DNA of 64,000 nt. Source: Candidatus Eiseniibacteriota bacterium. Lineage in GTDB: Bacteria > Eisenbacteria > RBG-16-71-46 > CAZAMP01. The stretch lies in assembly GCA_965224245.1 (NCBI GenBank), contig OZ245046.1:704001-768000 (forward strand). The letters are read 5' to 3'. Position numbers and translations under genes: made by a program. Positions 1 through 10,138 of the stretch are shown one piece after another. Below the pieces are notes generated by a model that saw only the letters and a program-made list of their open reading frames with translations, made no database searches and was not told the origin of the DNA. Each line of letters opens with the position of its first letter. Position 1 is the first letter of the stretch.

Positions 1-1633
1 CGACCTCGTACCCGACGATGGCCTGTGCTCTGCCGAACGTGTCGCCGTCGCGGAGACCGGTGCCGTCGAAGACCCAGTGGCCGGCGTCGGTGACGGCATA
101 ACCGCCGTAGCCGTCGAACCAGTCGAACTCGGTGTCGTCGGGGATCGCCGACCCGCTGGACCAGTTCACGTTGCCGCCATGGCGCCAGCTGAGGGCCGTG
201 GCGAGCTCGGGGGGGCGCGGCGTCGGGAGCTCGTCCCACAGCCCGGTGACCTGCTTCGGATCGACGAGATGGTAAGGGTCCTGGTCGACCCGGTTCTTGT
301 AGCACACGAGTCGTTCGCTGGACCCCAGGTCCACCGGATCGCGGTCGCCGGCGAGGCGGGTCTGCCACCACATCGTGTTTCCGGAGAAGCACAGGAGCGA
401 TCCGCCGTTCGCGAGGAACGACTCGAGCGTGTTCCGCATCCGGCCGGTCCAGTACTCGCTGTGCCAGGTCAGAACGATCGCGCGATAGTGACGGAAGATG
501 GTGTCGTCGTGGTGGAGATCGTGGTCGGAGAACACCCCCGCCCGGATGCCTTCGCGGTGGAGCCATCGCACCAGGTGCACGGGTGTGTGATAGAAGCCCA
601 GGTAGCGGTGCTGGGTGGGGCGCTCGAAGCTGACCTCGTGGGTCCGGGTGGGCGGTGAGCCGTAGAAGTTCTTGCCGCCCCAGGCGTTGTAGGCCTGGTC
701 GGTGTGCGTTGGGATGACCACGGCGAGGTCGCCATCGCGGCCGTTCCCCGAGACGATCATCGTCTCCCACGTCGAGCGCTCGCCGTCGTCGACCACCACG
801 GTGTAGACCCCCGACGGCCAGTCGTCGCCCACGGGAATGGACACGCTCACCGGCCAGGCGCATCCGGCGCTGGAGACGTTCTCCGGGACCGGCTGCTCGA
901 CGAGGCCGCGCATCGTGCCGCGCCACACGACCCGGGGTGCCTCGCCCTCGTACCGCACCTCGACGGCGGCCGTGGGGCGGGTGGCGGACGCGTGAAGAGC
1001 GACCGGTGTTCCGGCGGTCACCGATGTCGGCCGGAGATAGAAATCCAGCGTCTCCAGCTCTCCGCCGAGCCGGAGGCGCACGTCGTCCAGCCAGAATCGC
1101 CCCTGGCGCAGGACGCGAGAGGCGTGGAGACCGAACGACAGGTAGCACCGCCCGGCGCCATCACCGAGCCGCGGGTTGAAGCGGACCCGGTACGTGCGGA
1201 ACGACGGCGCGAGCCGGCCCACGAGCTGCAAGAGCGGCGCCCGACCGGCCCACTCCCCGCTCGTCGTCTGATAGATGACGTCCACTTGAAACGGGGAGTC
1301 GGGCATCTCCACCTTCAACGTGAAGGTGGCCTCGTAGACCGCATTCATCGAAGGCAGCTGGACCGAGGGGGAGGCCAGACGGTAGTGGAGCGTGACCGGC
1401 GGAGCGTCCACGCGCACCGACGGTGCCTCGGCTCCGTACACCCGCGGCGCCCGTGAGACCTGGAAGTAGTCGACGGCCGCGTCGGGCTCCTTCCGCCAGC
1501 CCGGCGCCAGTCCGGTCTCGGGGTCGGCATCGACGAACGACTCGTTCAGGAGGACCTGTGCCGACAGGGGCTCGGTCGCGATGGTGACGGAGAGGATCAG
1601 GACACCCACGAGGCACGTAGAGGGCGAGCGCAT
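1..1633 (-). CDS. Secreted N,N-dimethylformamidase beta-subunit-like (DUF6605-type) protein, 3' end outside window
   Basis: Not in ORF track (no stop inside window). Hand translation from ATG 1633 (GGAGG upstream): signal-like MRSPSTCLVGVLILSVTIATEPLSA, then GCAWP..DDWPSGVY, TDQAYNAWGGKNFY, VSFERP, WHSEYWT, FSGNTMWWQ. Confidence 0.75.
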   Translation of the reverse strand, partial: MRSPSTCLVGVLILSVTIATEPLSAQVLLNESFVDADPETGLAPGWRKEPDAAVDYFQVSRAPRVYGAEAPSVRVDAPPVTLHYRLASPSVQLPSMNAVYEATFTLKVEMPDSPFQVDVIYQTTSGEWAGRAPLLQLVGRLAPSFRTYRVRFNPRLGDGAGRCYLSFGLHASRVLRQGRFWLDDVRLRLGGELETLDFYLRPTSVTAGTPVALHASATRPTAAVEVRYEGEAPRVVWRGTMRGLVEQPVPENVSSAGCAWPVSVSIPVGDDWPSGVYTVVVDDGERSTWETMIVSGNGRDGDLAVVIPTHTDQAYNAWGGKNFYGSPPTRTHEVSFERPTQHRYLGFYHTPVHLVRWLHREGIRAGVFSDHDLHHDDTIFRHYRAIVLTWHSEYWTGRMRNTLESFLANGGSLLCFSGNTMWWQTRLAGDRDPVDLGSSERLVCYKNRVDQDPYHLVDPKQVTGLWDELPTPRPPELATALSWRHGGNVNWSSGSAIPDDTEFDWFDGYGGYAVTDAGHWVFDGTGLRDGDTFGRAQAIVGYEV

Positions 1634-1882
1634 ACCGCCTCCAGCTGAGAGATGGGTCTGTTCGCGGAGGGGTACGACCGGAGAATAGCCGGCGGGGGCT
1701 CGAGGTTCCAGCTTTCGACGCCGTGAGGCGTCCGTGCGTCGATGCCACGCATGGGGCGTCTGGCGACCGAGCCCGAGAAACTTCCGGACCCCGTTCCAAC
1801 CTTCTGGTCGCCGGGGGAGTCCTACCTGATGACATCGCCGGAGCATCGACTCGCACCACCCTCGAACCCGGAGCTGAATACA

Positions 1883-4591
1883 ATGCCATTCCGACCCGCG
1901 TTCGTCGCCGGAGTCCGCATGCGCGTCGCGCTCGCCGCCGTCCTGCTGGCCGGTGCGGCGACGTCGGTCGACGCCGAGAAACGAGATGGACCTCCATCCC
2001 CCACCATGGCTCCCCCCGTGATCTCCAGCACCATCCGCGCGTTCCGACTCTCCTCGGACGTGCGGATCGACGGCGTGCTCGACGACGCGGCCTGGAAGCG
2101 TGCCCCCAACGACGGTCTCGTGCAGCACGAGCCGAGCAACGGCGCCAGGCCGATCCACCGGACCGACTGGTGGATTGCGTACGACGACGACGCCTTGTAC
2201 GCCGCGTTCCGCTGCTACGACTCGGCGCCGGACTCCATCGACACGTCGGTGGGTCGTCGCGACGCGTCGCTCCTGACCGACGAGGTGTACCTGGAGCTGG
2301 ACACGTTCAACGACGATCGGAACGGCTACCTGTTCGTGGCCGGAGCGGGCGGATACTTCCTGGACGCGGTCCTGTACAACGACGGCTGGTGGGACAGCTC
2401 CTGGGATGCGGTCTGGTCCACCGCGTCGGAGGTCGACCGGGAGGGGTGGTGCGCCGAGATGCGCATCCCGTTCTCCCAGCTCGCGTTCGCGCCCGGGGAC
2501 GAGCAGGTCTGGGGCGTCAACGTCGTTCGCAACTGCAAGCGCCTCCAGTCCACCGACTATCTCTTCCACAAGCCCCGCAACGAGTCGGGGTACGTGAGCC
2601 GATACCCGGACCTCGTGGGCATCTCGGGCATCGCACCGCCGTCGAACCGCGAGGGCACCATCTACGGGGCGAGCAAGGGCGAGTACCTGAGCGCCGAGGA
2701 TGGCGATCCGTTCAACGACGGCTCCGAGTACGCCGCCGACGTGGGCGGCGACCTGAAGTGGGGGCTCACGTCGAACCTCACGCTGAACGCGACGATCAAC
2801 CCGGACTTCGGGCAGGTCGAGGTGGATCCGGCGGTCGTCAACCTGTCGAACTTCGAGACCTTCTTCCCGGAGAAGCGACCGTTCTTCGTCCAGGACGCGA
2901 ACACGTTCCGCTTCGGTCGGGACGGCACCGCCAGCAACTGGGGCTTCAACTGGACCGATCCGATGCTCTTCTACAGCCGCCGGATCGGGCGCGCTCCCCA
3001 GCTCCGGGTAACGGGCGATGCCGACCACGTGAGAACGCCGCACGGCACGACCATCCTGGGAGCGGCCAAGGTCACCGGCAAGGTCGGTGGCACCTCGCTC
3101 GGCGTGCTGAGCGCGCTCACCGGCCGCGAGCACCACGACCTCGCGCTGGGAGACGGGCGCTCGCGCGAGCTCGCCGAGCCGCTGACGAGCTACAACCTCG
3201 TACGCGCCACCCGCACGTCCGACGCGTCGACGCACGCGATCGGCGCGATGTTCACCGGCACCGAGCGCGACCTGAGCGATGCCAGGAGCGTATCCGCGCT
3301 ACCACGCCGCGCCTACGCCGGCGGGGTGGACGGCTGGGCACGTCTCGACGACGACGGCGTGTGGGCCATGCGCGGGTACGTGGCCGGGAGCTGGATCGAG
3401 GGCGACGCCGATGCGATCGCCGCCCGCCAGCGCTCGTCGCTCCGGTACCTGCACCGGCCCGACGCCGACCATCTCGACTACGATCCGTCGCGCACGTCGC
3501 TGTCCGGATGGTCCTCGCGGGTCATGCTGAACAAGCAGAAGGGTGACTACTCGCTCAACACCGCGATCGGCGCGACGTCTCCTGGCTTCGAGGTCTCGGA
3601 TCTGGGCTTCCAGGGCCGAGGCGACATCGTCAACACCCACCTGGCGGTGGGCCGGAGCTGGGACGAGCCTCGCGGTGTTCTCCGCAGCCGGAACGTGAAC
3701 CTGCACACGTACTGGACGTGGGACTTCTCGGGCCTACACACCGGGGGCGGCGCCGGAGCCAGCTTCTGGACCGAGTTCACGAACTACTGGTCCGTGAACG
3801 GTGGCGTCTTCTACAACCCCGAGCGCAACAACACCACCATCACCCGTGGCGGGCCGGTGCTCCGCCGGCCGATCAACCGCGAGTTCAACGTCGGCTTCTC
3901 CAGCGACCGGCGAAAGGCCTGGCGGCTGTCGGGGTTCGGCTTCGGCAGCTGGGGCGGACCCGGCGAGTCCAGTGCGTACGCCGAGCTCGGCGTCGAGGTG
4001 AAGCCAACGAGCGCCCTCAAGCTGTCGGTGAGCCCGGGGTACACCTGGGAGCACAACACCTCCCAGTACGTGGACACGATCGAGGACGCGGCGGCCACGT
4101 CGACGTTCGGCAGCCGGTATCTCTTCGCCGACCTCGAGTACGTCGAGGCGTCGATGACGTTCCGCGTGGACTGGTCGTTCACGCCGAGGCTGACGCTGCA
4201 GTCGTACGTCCAGCCGCTGATCGCGGTCGGGGACTATCGCGGACTGAAGCAGTTCGCCGAGCCGGGCACGTTCGACTTCGACGTCTACGGGGAGACTCCG
4301 GGGTCGTCGATCTCCCACGAGCCGGGTGCCGAGTACGAGATCGATCCCGGCGACGGCGGCGACACGTTCACCGTGCGGGACCCCGACTTCAACTTCAAGT
4401 CGATCCGCCTGAATACCGTGCTGCGCTGGGAGTACAGCCCGGGCTCGACGTTCTATCTCGTCTGGACCCGCAACGGCACCAACTTCGACCACGCCGGTCA
4501 GTTCGACCTGGGTCGCGACGTCGGCGATCTGATGAACGCGCCGGGCGACGACGTGCTCCTGGTCAAGGTGACCCGCTGGTTCGATTTCTAG
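1883..4591 (+). CDS. Outer-membrane protein, CBM9-like N-terminus plus DUF5916 beta-barrel-type region
   Basis: IDGVLDDAAW, WCAEMRIPFSQL, NPDFGQVEVD, FFPEKRPFF, LFYSRRIG; terminal Phe. Start 1883 or 1919 gives a signal peptide. Confidence 0.8.
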   Translation: MPFRPAFVAGVRMRVALAAVLLAGAATSVDAEKRDGPPSPTMAPPVISSTIRAFRLSSDVRIDGVLDDAAWKRAPNDGLVQHEPSNGARPIHRTDWWIAYDDDALYAAFRCYDSAPDSIDTSVGRRDASLLTDEVYLELDTFNDDRNGYLFVAGAGGYFLDAVLYNDGWWDSSWDAVWSTASEVDREGWCAEMRIPFSQLAFAPGDEQVWGVNVVRNCKRLQSTDYLFHKPRNESGYVSRYPDLVGISGIAPPSNREGTIYGASKGEYLSAEDGDPFNDGSEYAADVGGDLKWGLTSNLTLNATINPDFGQVEVDPAVVNLSNFETFFPEKRPFFVQDANTFRFGRDGTASNWGFNWTDPMLFYSRRIGRAPQLRVTGDADHVRTPHGTTILGAAKVTGKVGGTSLGVLSALTGREHHDLALGDGRSRELAEPLTSYNLVRATRTSDASTHAIGAMFTGTERDLSDARSVSALPRRAYAGGVDGWARLDDDGVWAMRGYVAGSWIEGDADAIAARQRSSLRYLHRPDADHLDYDPSRTSLSGWSSRVMLNKQKGDYSLNTAIGATSPGFEVSDLGFQGRGDIVNTHLAVGRSWDEPRGVLRSRNVNLHTYWTWDFSGLHTGGGAGASFWTEFTNYWSVNGGVFYNPERNNTTITRGGPVLRRPINREFNVGFSSDRRKAWRLSGFGFGSWGGPGESSAYAELGVEVKPTSALKLSVSPGYTWEHNTSQYVDTIEDAAATSTFGSRYLFADLEYVEASMTFRVDWSFTPRLTLQSYVQPLIAVGDYRGLKQFAEPGTFDFDVYGETPGSSISHEPGAEYEIDPGDGGDTFTVRDPDFNFKSIRLNTVLRWEYSPGSTFYLVWTRNGTNFDHAGQFDLGRDVGDLMNAPGDDVLLVKVTRWFDF

Positions 4592-4685
4592 AACGGATCC
4601 GGGGCGCCGTCGCCCATCGGCGTGACGGCGCCCGCGCGGAGCCCGGCCGCGCCCGACTCCCTTCGGGTCGACGCGTCGCCCGACG

Positions 4686-5468
4686 TCATCGAGGCAGCAC
4701 GGTGAGTCGCGCCGTCTCGTTTCCAGACGCTCGGATCAGGCGGGCGAAGTAGACGCCGGGCGCCCAGCGCACGGCCCGATGCGAGCATCGCCGGCGGACT
4801 CGTCACGCCGGAGACAGGGACCGACACGGGGTCCTGGAAGACCAGCCCGAGATAGAAATGGCGGTCGTCCCGGTGTCGAAGCCGTCGGCGTCGATCACGA
4901 GCGCACCCGACGTGAACGTGAACGTGTGGATTCCCGCTTCCAGGACCCCGGAGTCGCCGAACGTGACCATACCCGGCTCGGAGATCCCCCCGGAGAACAC
5001 CGTTCCCGACGGACCGTCGATCCGGAGGTGCGCATTGGCCGCGCCGGCGGTGTTCGCGAAGCCGGAGACGTTGAACTCGGTGAGCGCCGACACGTCGAAG
5101 CTCGCGGTGATGCTGGCGTCCATCCCGGCCTGCGCGGTGGCGTCCGGGTTCTCGGCGTCGCGGATCGCGTGCGCGTTCGTGGATCCGGTCATCAGGATCA
5201 CCTCGGTTCCGACGTCGGAGAACTGCGAGGCGAGCGCGTACGCGGAGGATCCCTCGAGCAGGACCTCCGAATCGTCGAAGAGGTCGAGCGGCCCGGCGAC
5301 GTCCTCGACGGACGTATCGCCGTCGGCGAGGAACTCGATGCCGTCGCTGACCGCGGTCGACGTGCCGACACGCAGGCGGCGTGCTGGACGAACGACGTTC
5401 GAGCCCGATCTCGTGCTTCCGACGCGTCGGCGAAGAGGCGGGACTGAGCGTAACGCCATCGATGTCAT
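4686..5468 (-). pseudogene. Probable frameshifted or deleted secreted protein with a relic C-terminal FlgD/T9SS-like tail
   Basis: Beta-rich acidic ORF 5468..4803 is followed by out-of-frame fragments FYLGLVFQDPVSVP and RWAPGVYFARLIRASGNETARLTVLPR* (4769..4686). Confidence 0.5.
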
Positions 5469-5669
5469 GGTGTTGTGGCTCGGATGTCACGTGCTCCAGG
5501 GCGAGCTCGCCGCGGTGGGATTCGGATCGCGGGAGCGCCCGCCGGTCGCTCGCGCCACCCGCGCCGCTGCGGAGGCTGCGCCCTCCGGCCGCCGGGCTCC
5601 GTGATACCATCGTTGCTCGAACGGCGTTCCGTCTCTCGTCACTCTCCTCCCAGCCCGGAGCAGCACATC

Positions 5670-7898
5670 ATGCGCGTTCCCGCGTTCGCAGTCCTCTCGG
5701 TGGTCCTCTCCGCGCCCGCGGCCGCGGGCATCGTCATCAACGAGCTCCTCCCGAATCCCGCCGGCGACGACGTCGGAACCGAGCGAGTCGAGATCTACAA
5801 CGACGGGACCGACCCGATCGACGTGACCGGATGGGCCATCGACGACGCGGCGACGATCGACGACGTCAGCGTGCGCGCGCGCCTCCCGGAGGACTTCGAC
5901 ACGTCGGCGTGTTCGAGCAGTCCCGTGATCGGGCCCGGCGAGTTCCGTCTCGTCAAGGGGACCTCGACCGCGGCCTGGCTGAACAACTCCGGTGACGACG
6001 TCTACCTGATCAGCGACCGGACGGCCACGCCGACCGTCGTCGACGTGGTCACGTACCCGAGCGCGAGCTCCGAGGTGGACAACGTGTGGGCCTGCGTCCC
6101 CGACGGATCGCTGAACTTCGACTGGCGGGCGCAGAGCCTCTGCGGATCGAACGGGGGCAGCGGCAACGCGACCGCTCCCGACGCGATCACCGACCTCGGG
6201 GCCGGACCCGGGGCGTTCCCCGGCGAGATCGTGCTCACCTGGACGGCCACCGGAGACGACGGCTCCGCCGGCACGGCGAGCGAGTACGTCATCAAGGTGT
6301 CGGATGCGCCGATCGACGCGGGCAGCTTCGCCGCCGCGACCGACCTCGACTTCTGGCTGCACGAGCCGTTGCCGCAGGAAGCGGGTACGCCGGAGTCGCT
6401 GGTTGTGTCCGGGTTCGACCCGGCCGAGACGTACTTCTTCGCGATCACGGCGGTCGATGACGCGCTCAACGAGAGCCCCGTGTCGAACTCGCCCGGCACG
6501 ATGCCGGCCCCGGGCACGCTCCTCGACACGGACTTCGGTCTCTCCACCTACTTCGGCAACCTCCACTCGCACACGGGCTACTCCGACGGGGAGGACGCAC
6601 CGGCCGACGCATACGAGTACGCACGCTACGATGCGCAGACGCCGCTCGACTTCCTGGCGGTGACCGATCACAACCACTCCGGCGCCGGTCCGATGAGCCC
6701 GGCGCTCTATCAGGCCGGCCTCGCCGCCGCGGCCGCGGCGAACGAGGACGGCGGCTTCGTGGCCATCTACGGGCAGGAGTTCGGGCTGTCGGGGAACGGA
6801 CACGCCAACGTGTTCGAGTCGCCGGTGCTCTTCGGGTGGGAGGGTGGCAACTACGACGTCTTCGTGGCCGAGGGCGACTATGCGGCGCTCTACACCGCGG
6901 CCGTGAGCAACCCGCCGGCGGTGGGCCCGCCGTTGATTCTCTGGTGTCATCCGCAGTCGGGCGACTTCGACGGACTGGCGGTGACCGCCGACTCGCCGTC
7001 GGTCGTGAAGCTCATCTGTCTCGTGAACGGCCCGGCGTTCTCGACCGTGCAGGACGAGTCGGATGTCGGCAACACGGGGTTCGACGACACGTTCCAGGAC
7101 GCGCTTCGTCTCGGGCATCGGGTCTCCCCGACCGGCGACCAGGACAACCACAACGCGAACTGGGGAGCGTCCACGGAGAGCCGGACCGCGGTGCTCGCAT
7201 CCGAGCTCACGAAGTCGGCCATCCTGGAGGCGCTTCACGACGGACACAACTACGCGACGCAGGACCACGACGTCGTCGTGGGGCTCTCGGCCGACGGGCA
7301 CATGATGGGAGAGGCCTTCGTCCGATCCTCCGGGATCCGACTGGCGGTCGAGGTGTCCGACCCCGATCCCGGTGACGGGGTCGATCTGATCGAGCTGTAC
7401 CGGGGTGTGACCGGCGCATCGAACGCGACGCGAGTGGCGTTCAACGTGGGAAACACGCGCTTCGACTGGCGCGAGACCGAGTCCTTCGACCCGGGGACCG
7501 AGGTCCACTACTACGCGCGCATCCGTCAGAGCGACACCCAGCTCATCTGGACCGCGCCGGTCTACGTGACCTACGACGCGGCGCTGGCGACGTCGGATCC
7601 GGACCACGGTCCGGCCGCGAGGCCGCTCCTGGCCGTGCACCCGAATCCGACCGCAGGTGGTACGTCGGTCCAGTTCACGCTGCCGGATGACGACCGCATC
7701 GTGTCGCTGGACGTGCTGGACGTGTCGGGACGGCGGATCCGGCGGCTCGTGGGTGGCGCGCTGCCCCGTGGCGCATACGGCGTCGACTGGGACGGCCGCA
7801 CGCGGTCCGGGACACCGGTCTCACCGGGCATCTACTTCGTCCGTCTCGCATCGTCAGATGGACACACGGCAACGCAACGCGTGACTGTGCTTCGCTGA
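5670..7898 (+). CDS. Secreted lamin-tail + FN3-like + PHP-type (CehA/McbA-like) metallohydrolase + FlgD-Ig C-terminal domain
   Basis: Signal peptide; IVINELLPNP; LTWTATGDDG; GNLHSHTGYSDG, LAVTDHNH, GQE, GHAN, WCHP, GDQDNH; C-terminal PNP..WDG..PGIYFVRL. Confidence 0.8.
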   Translation: MRVPAFAVLSVVLSAPAAAGIVINELLPNPAGDDVGTERVEIYNDGTDPIDVTGWAIDDAATIDDVSVRARLPEDFDTSACSSSPVIGPGEFRLVKGTSTAAWLNNSGDDVYLISDRTATPTVVDVVTYPSASSEVDNVWACVPDGSLNFDWRAQSLCGSNGGSGNATAPDAITDLGAGPGAFPGEIVLTWTATGDDGSAGTASEYVIKVSDAPIDAGSFAAATDLDFWLHEPLPQEAGTPESLVVSGFDPAETYFFAITAVDDALNESPVSNSPGTMPAPGTLLDTDFGLSTYFGNLHSHTGYSDGEDAPADAYEYARYDAQTPLDFLAVTDHNHSGAGPMSPALYQAGLAAAAAANEDGGFVAIYGQEFGLSGNGHANVFESPVLFGWEGGNYDVFVAEGDYAALYTAAVSNPPAVGPPLILWCHPQSGDFDGLAVTADSPSVVKLICLVNGPAFSTVQDESDVGNTGFDDTFQDALRLGHRVSPTGDQDNHNANWGASTESRTAVLASELTKSAILEALHDGHNYATQDHDVVVGLSADGHMMGEAFVRSSGIRLAVEVSDPDPGDGVDLIELYRGVTGASNATRVAFNVGNTRFDWRETESFDPGTEVHYYARIRQSDTQLIWTAPVYVTYDAALATSDPDHGPAARPLLAVHPNPTAGGTSVQFTLPDDDRIVSLDVLDVSGRRIRRLVGGALPRGAYGVDWDGRTRSGTPVSPGIYFVRLASSDGHTATQRVTVLR

Positions 7899-8075
7899 TC
7901 GCAGGGCCGGAACGGCCCCACCGCTACCCATACCTGACCGTCGTCCTGCCCGAGCAAGAGCGTAGGCCCGGTTTCCAACCGTGGCCGCATTCGAGTGCAC
8001 CGGTCGTCCGATCTGTGGCATGTTTGCCGCGTATCGGTTTCTGGAGATCCGAGCTGGGCCTCGAGGAGGACTGTC

Positions 8076-8771
8076 ATGACACGATCGATGTCGAAGACGG
8101 TGTGCCGGAGGGCATGCGCCGCCCTCACGGTGGTGATCCTGTGGGCGCCGGGCGCTCACGCGTACGAGCAGTGGTCGCAGAACGGCGGCGACGCGACCAA
8201 CTGCGGGACCTGCCACGGCGACTTCCGGAACGCCGACTACACGTCGCCGAGCGATGGCATGAACTGGGGAAACCTGCACAACCTTCACCGCTCGACGATG
8301 CTCAGCGGCGACTGTGACGTGTGTCACTCCGGCAGCAGTCGGTTTCCGGTCCTGATCGACGTCTCGAACGGGGGAGACGGGCTCGCTGGCATCTCCTGCA
8401 TGGGCTGCCACGGACGCGCGGCCGACGACACGCCGGAGAACCCGGAGTTCCCGAACGGCGCCGGCGCCGGGCTGCGCCAGCATCACCACAACGCCGGAGC
8501 CACCGTGTGCGCCGATTGCCACGACGATGCGGACCCGGCGAACTACGTTCCGGTGGGCGAGCACGTTCTGCCCGAGTACTACGCGAACCCGGGCAACAAT
8601 CACCCCGCGATGCCGCAGAGTCCGTGCAACGGCTCGGGGACCGAGGACTTCGCCGGGAGCGCGGACGGTCTGGACAACGACGGCGACCTGGACTACGACG
8701 CGACCGACGCCGACTGCTCCACGCCCGTGCGGGAGACCACGTGGGGTCGGATCCGAGCGTCCTATCGGTAG
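8076..8771 (+). CDS. Secreted tetraheme c-type cytochrome with an Asp-rich motif and TWG tail
   Basis: GAGGAGG RBS; signal peptide ending AHA; CGTCH, CDVCH, CMGCH, CADCH; DGLDNDGDLDYDATDADC; ends TPVRETTWGRIRASYR. Confidence 0.8.
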   Translation: MTRSMSKTVCRRACAALTVVILWAPGAHAYEQWSQNGGDATNCGTCHGDFRNADYTSPSDGMNWGNLHNLHRSTMLSGDCDVCHSGSSRFPVLIDVSNGGDGLAGISCMGCHGRAADDTPENPEFPNGAGAGLRQHHHNAGATVCADCHDDADPANYVPVGEHVLPEYYANPGNNHPAMPQSPCNGSGTEDFAGSADGLDNDGDLDYDATDADCSTPVRETTWGRIRASYR

Positions 8772-8814
8772 TGCGAAGAGCGGGCGCACCATGGCGAGAC
8801 CGACCGAGGGCCTG

Positions 8815-10107
8815 ATGAGAGCGTCCCGCGGAACACCGGTGGCGATGGTCTTGCTCGTGGCATCTCTGACACCGGGAGAGAAGGCCGACGCGTCGGACGC
8901 CGCGTTCACCGACCGCGTCGGCACGCTCTCCCTCTCCGCCGAGCTCGACAGCCGCGGCTCCCTCGGCGGCGTGTGCGTCGACCGCCTCGGCTTCGTCTAC
9001 GTGGCCAACTTCCGCGACAAGCTCTGGCGCATCGACCCCGAGGGCGAGGTCACGCTTCTCTCGGACGCACTCTACGGCGCGTCCGGCAATGCCGTGGACT
9101 CCCGGGGACGCCTCTACCAGTCGAACTTCCAGGGCCACACGATCTCCCGCATCTGGCGTGACGGCCGGATCGAGCCCTTCGCGACGGATGGGCTCCAGGG
9201 GCCGGTCGGCATCGCGATCAACGCCGGAGACTCGCTCTTCGTCTGCAATTGCCAGGGGAACACCATCTCACGGGTCACGCCGGAGGGTCGGGTCGAGCTC
9301 TTCGCCACGCATCCCTCGTTCGCGTGTCCGAACGGGATCGTGCTGGCCGACGACGGGAACCTCTACGTCGCGAGCTTCCAGAGCCACGACCTCGTCCGCA
9401 TCACGCCCGACGGCGAGACCAGCGTGTTCGTCACCATTCCCGGGGGTGCCGGCAACACGCACCTGACGGTGGCCAAGGGGTTCCTGTTCCTGACGAAGCT
9501 GGTTGCGAACCGCGTCGTGAAGGTGTCGCTCGATACCGGTGAGGTGACGTCGCTGGCCGGCACCGGGCAGCCGGGACACGCGGACGGACCGGCGCCGGAG
9601 GCCACGTTCAGCAGCCCGAACGGCATCGCGGCGTCGCCCTCGGGAGATCGTCTCTACCTGAACACGCTGGTCGGTGAGCGCGGCTGGGGTGAGCCGACCC
9701 GGATCTCGGTCCGTACGATCGAACTCGTGCGACTGGCGGACCTCCTCCGCGACGCGCTGGACGAGGCCGGCGATGGGGATCCGCTCGCAGCGATGCGTGA
9801 CGTGTACCACCGGTACCGGGCCGATCCGGTGCGAGGGCAGGAGAACACCCTGTCCGAGATGATCACGTTCGGATACGACCTTCTGTCGAGCCGCCGCCTG
9901 TCCGAGGCCGTGACGGTGTTCCGGCTCAATGCCGAGTCGTACCCCGACGTCGCCGCGGCGCACTACCACCTCGGCGAGGCCTATCGGTATTCGGGCCAGT
10001 CCGAGAAGGCCGCGAGCGAGTACGAGAGGGTCCTCGAGATCGCAGCCGATCACGCGCTGGCGCGCGCGAGGCTCGACGCCGTCCGGGCCGCGCTCGAGGC
10101 ACAGTAG
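8815..10107 (+). CDS. NHL/SMP-30-like beta-propeller protein with C-terminal TPR
   Basis: Repeats GPVGIAIN, CPNGIVL, SPNGIAAS, LAGTGQPGHADG; TPR AHYHLGEAYRYSG. Start 8791 is also possible. Confidence 0.75.
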   Translation: MRASRGTPVAMVLLVASLTPGEKADASDAAFTDRVGTLSLSAELDSRGSLGGVCVDRLGFVYVANFRDKLWRIDPEGEVTLLSDALYGASGNAVDSRGRLYQSNFQGHTISRIWRDGRIEPFATDGLQGPVGIAINAGDSLFVCNCQGNTISRVTPEGRVELFATHPSFACPNGIVLADDGNLYVASFQSHDLVRITPDGETSVFVTIPGGAGNTHLTVAKGFLFLTKLVANRVVKVSLDTGEVTSLAGTGQPGHADGPAPEATFSSPNGIAASPSGDRLYLNTLVGERGWGEPTRISVRTIELVRLADLLRDALDEAGDGDPLAAMRDVYHRYRADPVRGQENTLSEMITFGYDLLSSRRLSEAVTVFRLNAESYPDVAAAHYHLGEAYRYSGQSEKAASEYERVLEIAADHALARARLDAVRAALEAQ

Positions 10108-10138
10108 AACGCTTCACGACCGGGATCCTCTAGCACCG

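Noticed and set aside
1883-4591. DUF5916 barrel as the missing porin of the cytochrome island
   Set aside because: It is about 30 kb away, carries a CBM9-like domain and shows no MtrB/OmbB features.
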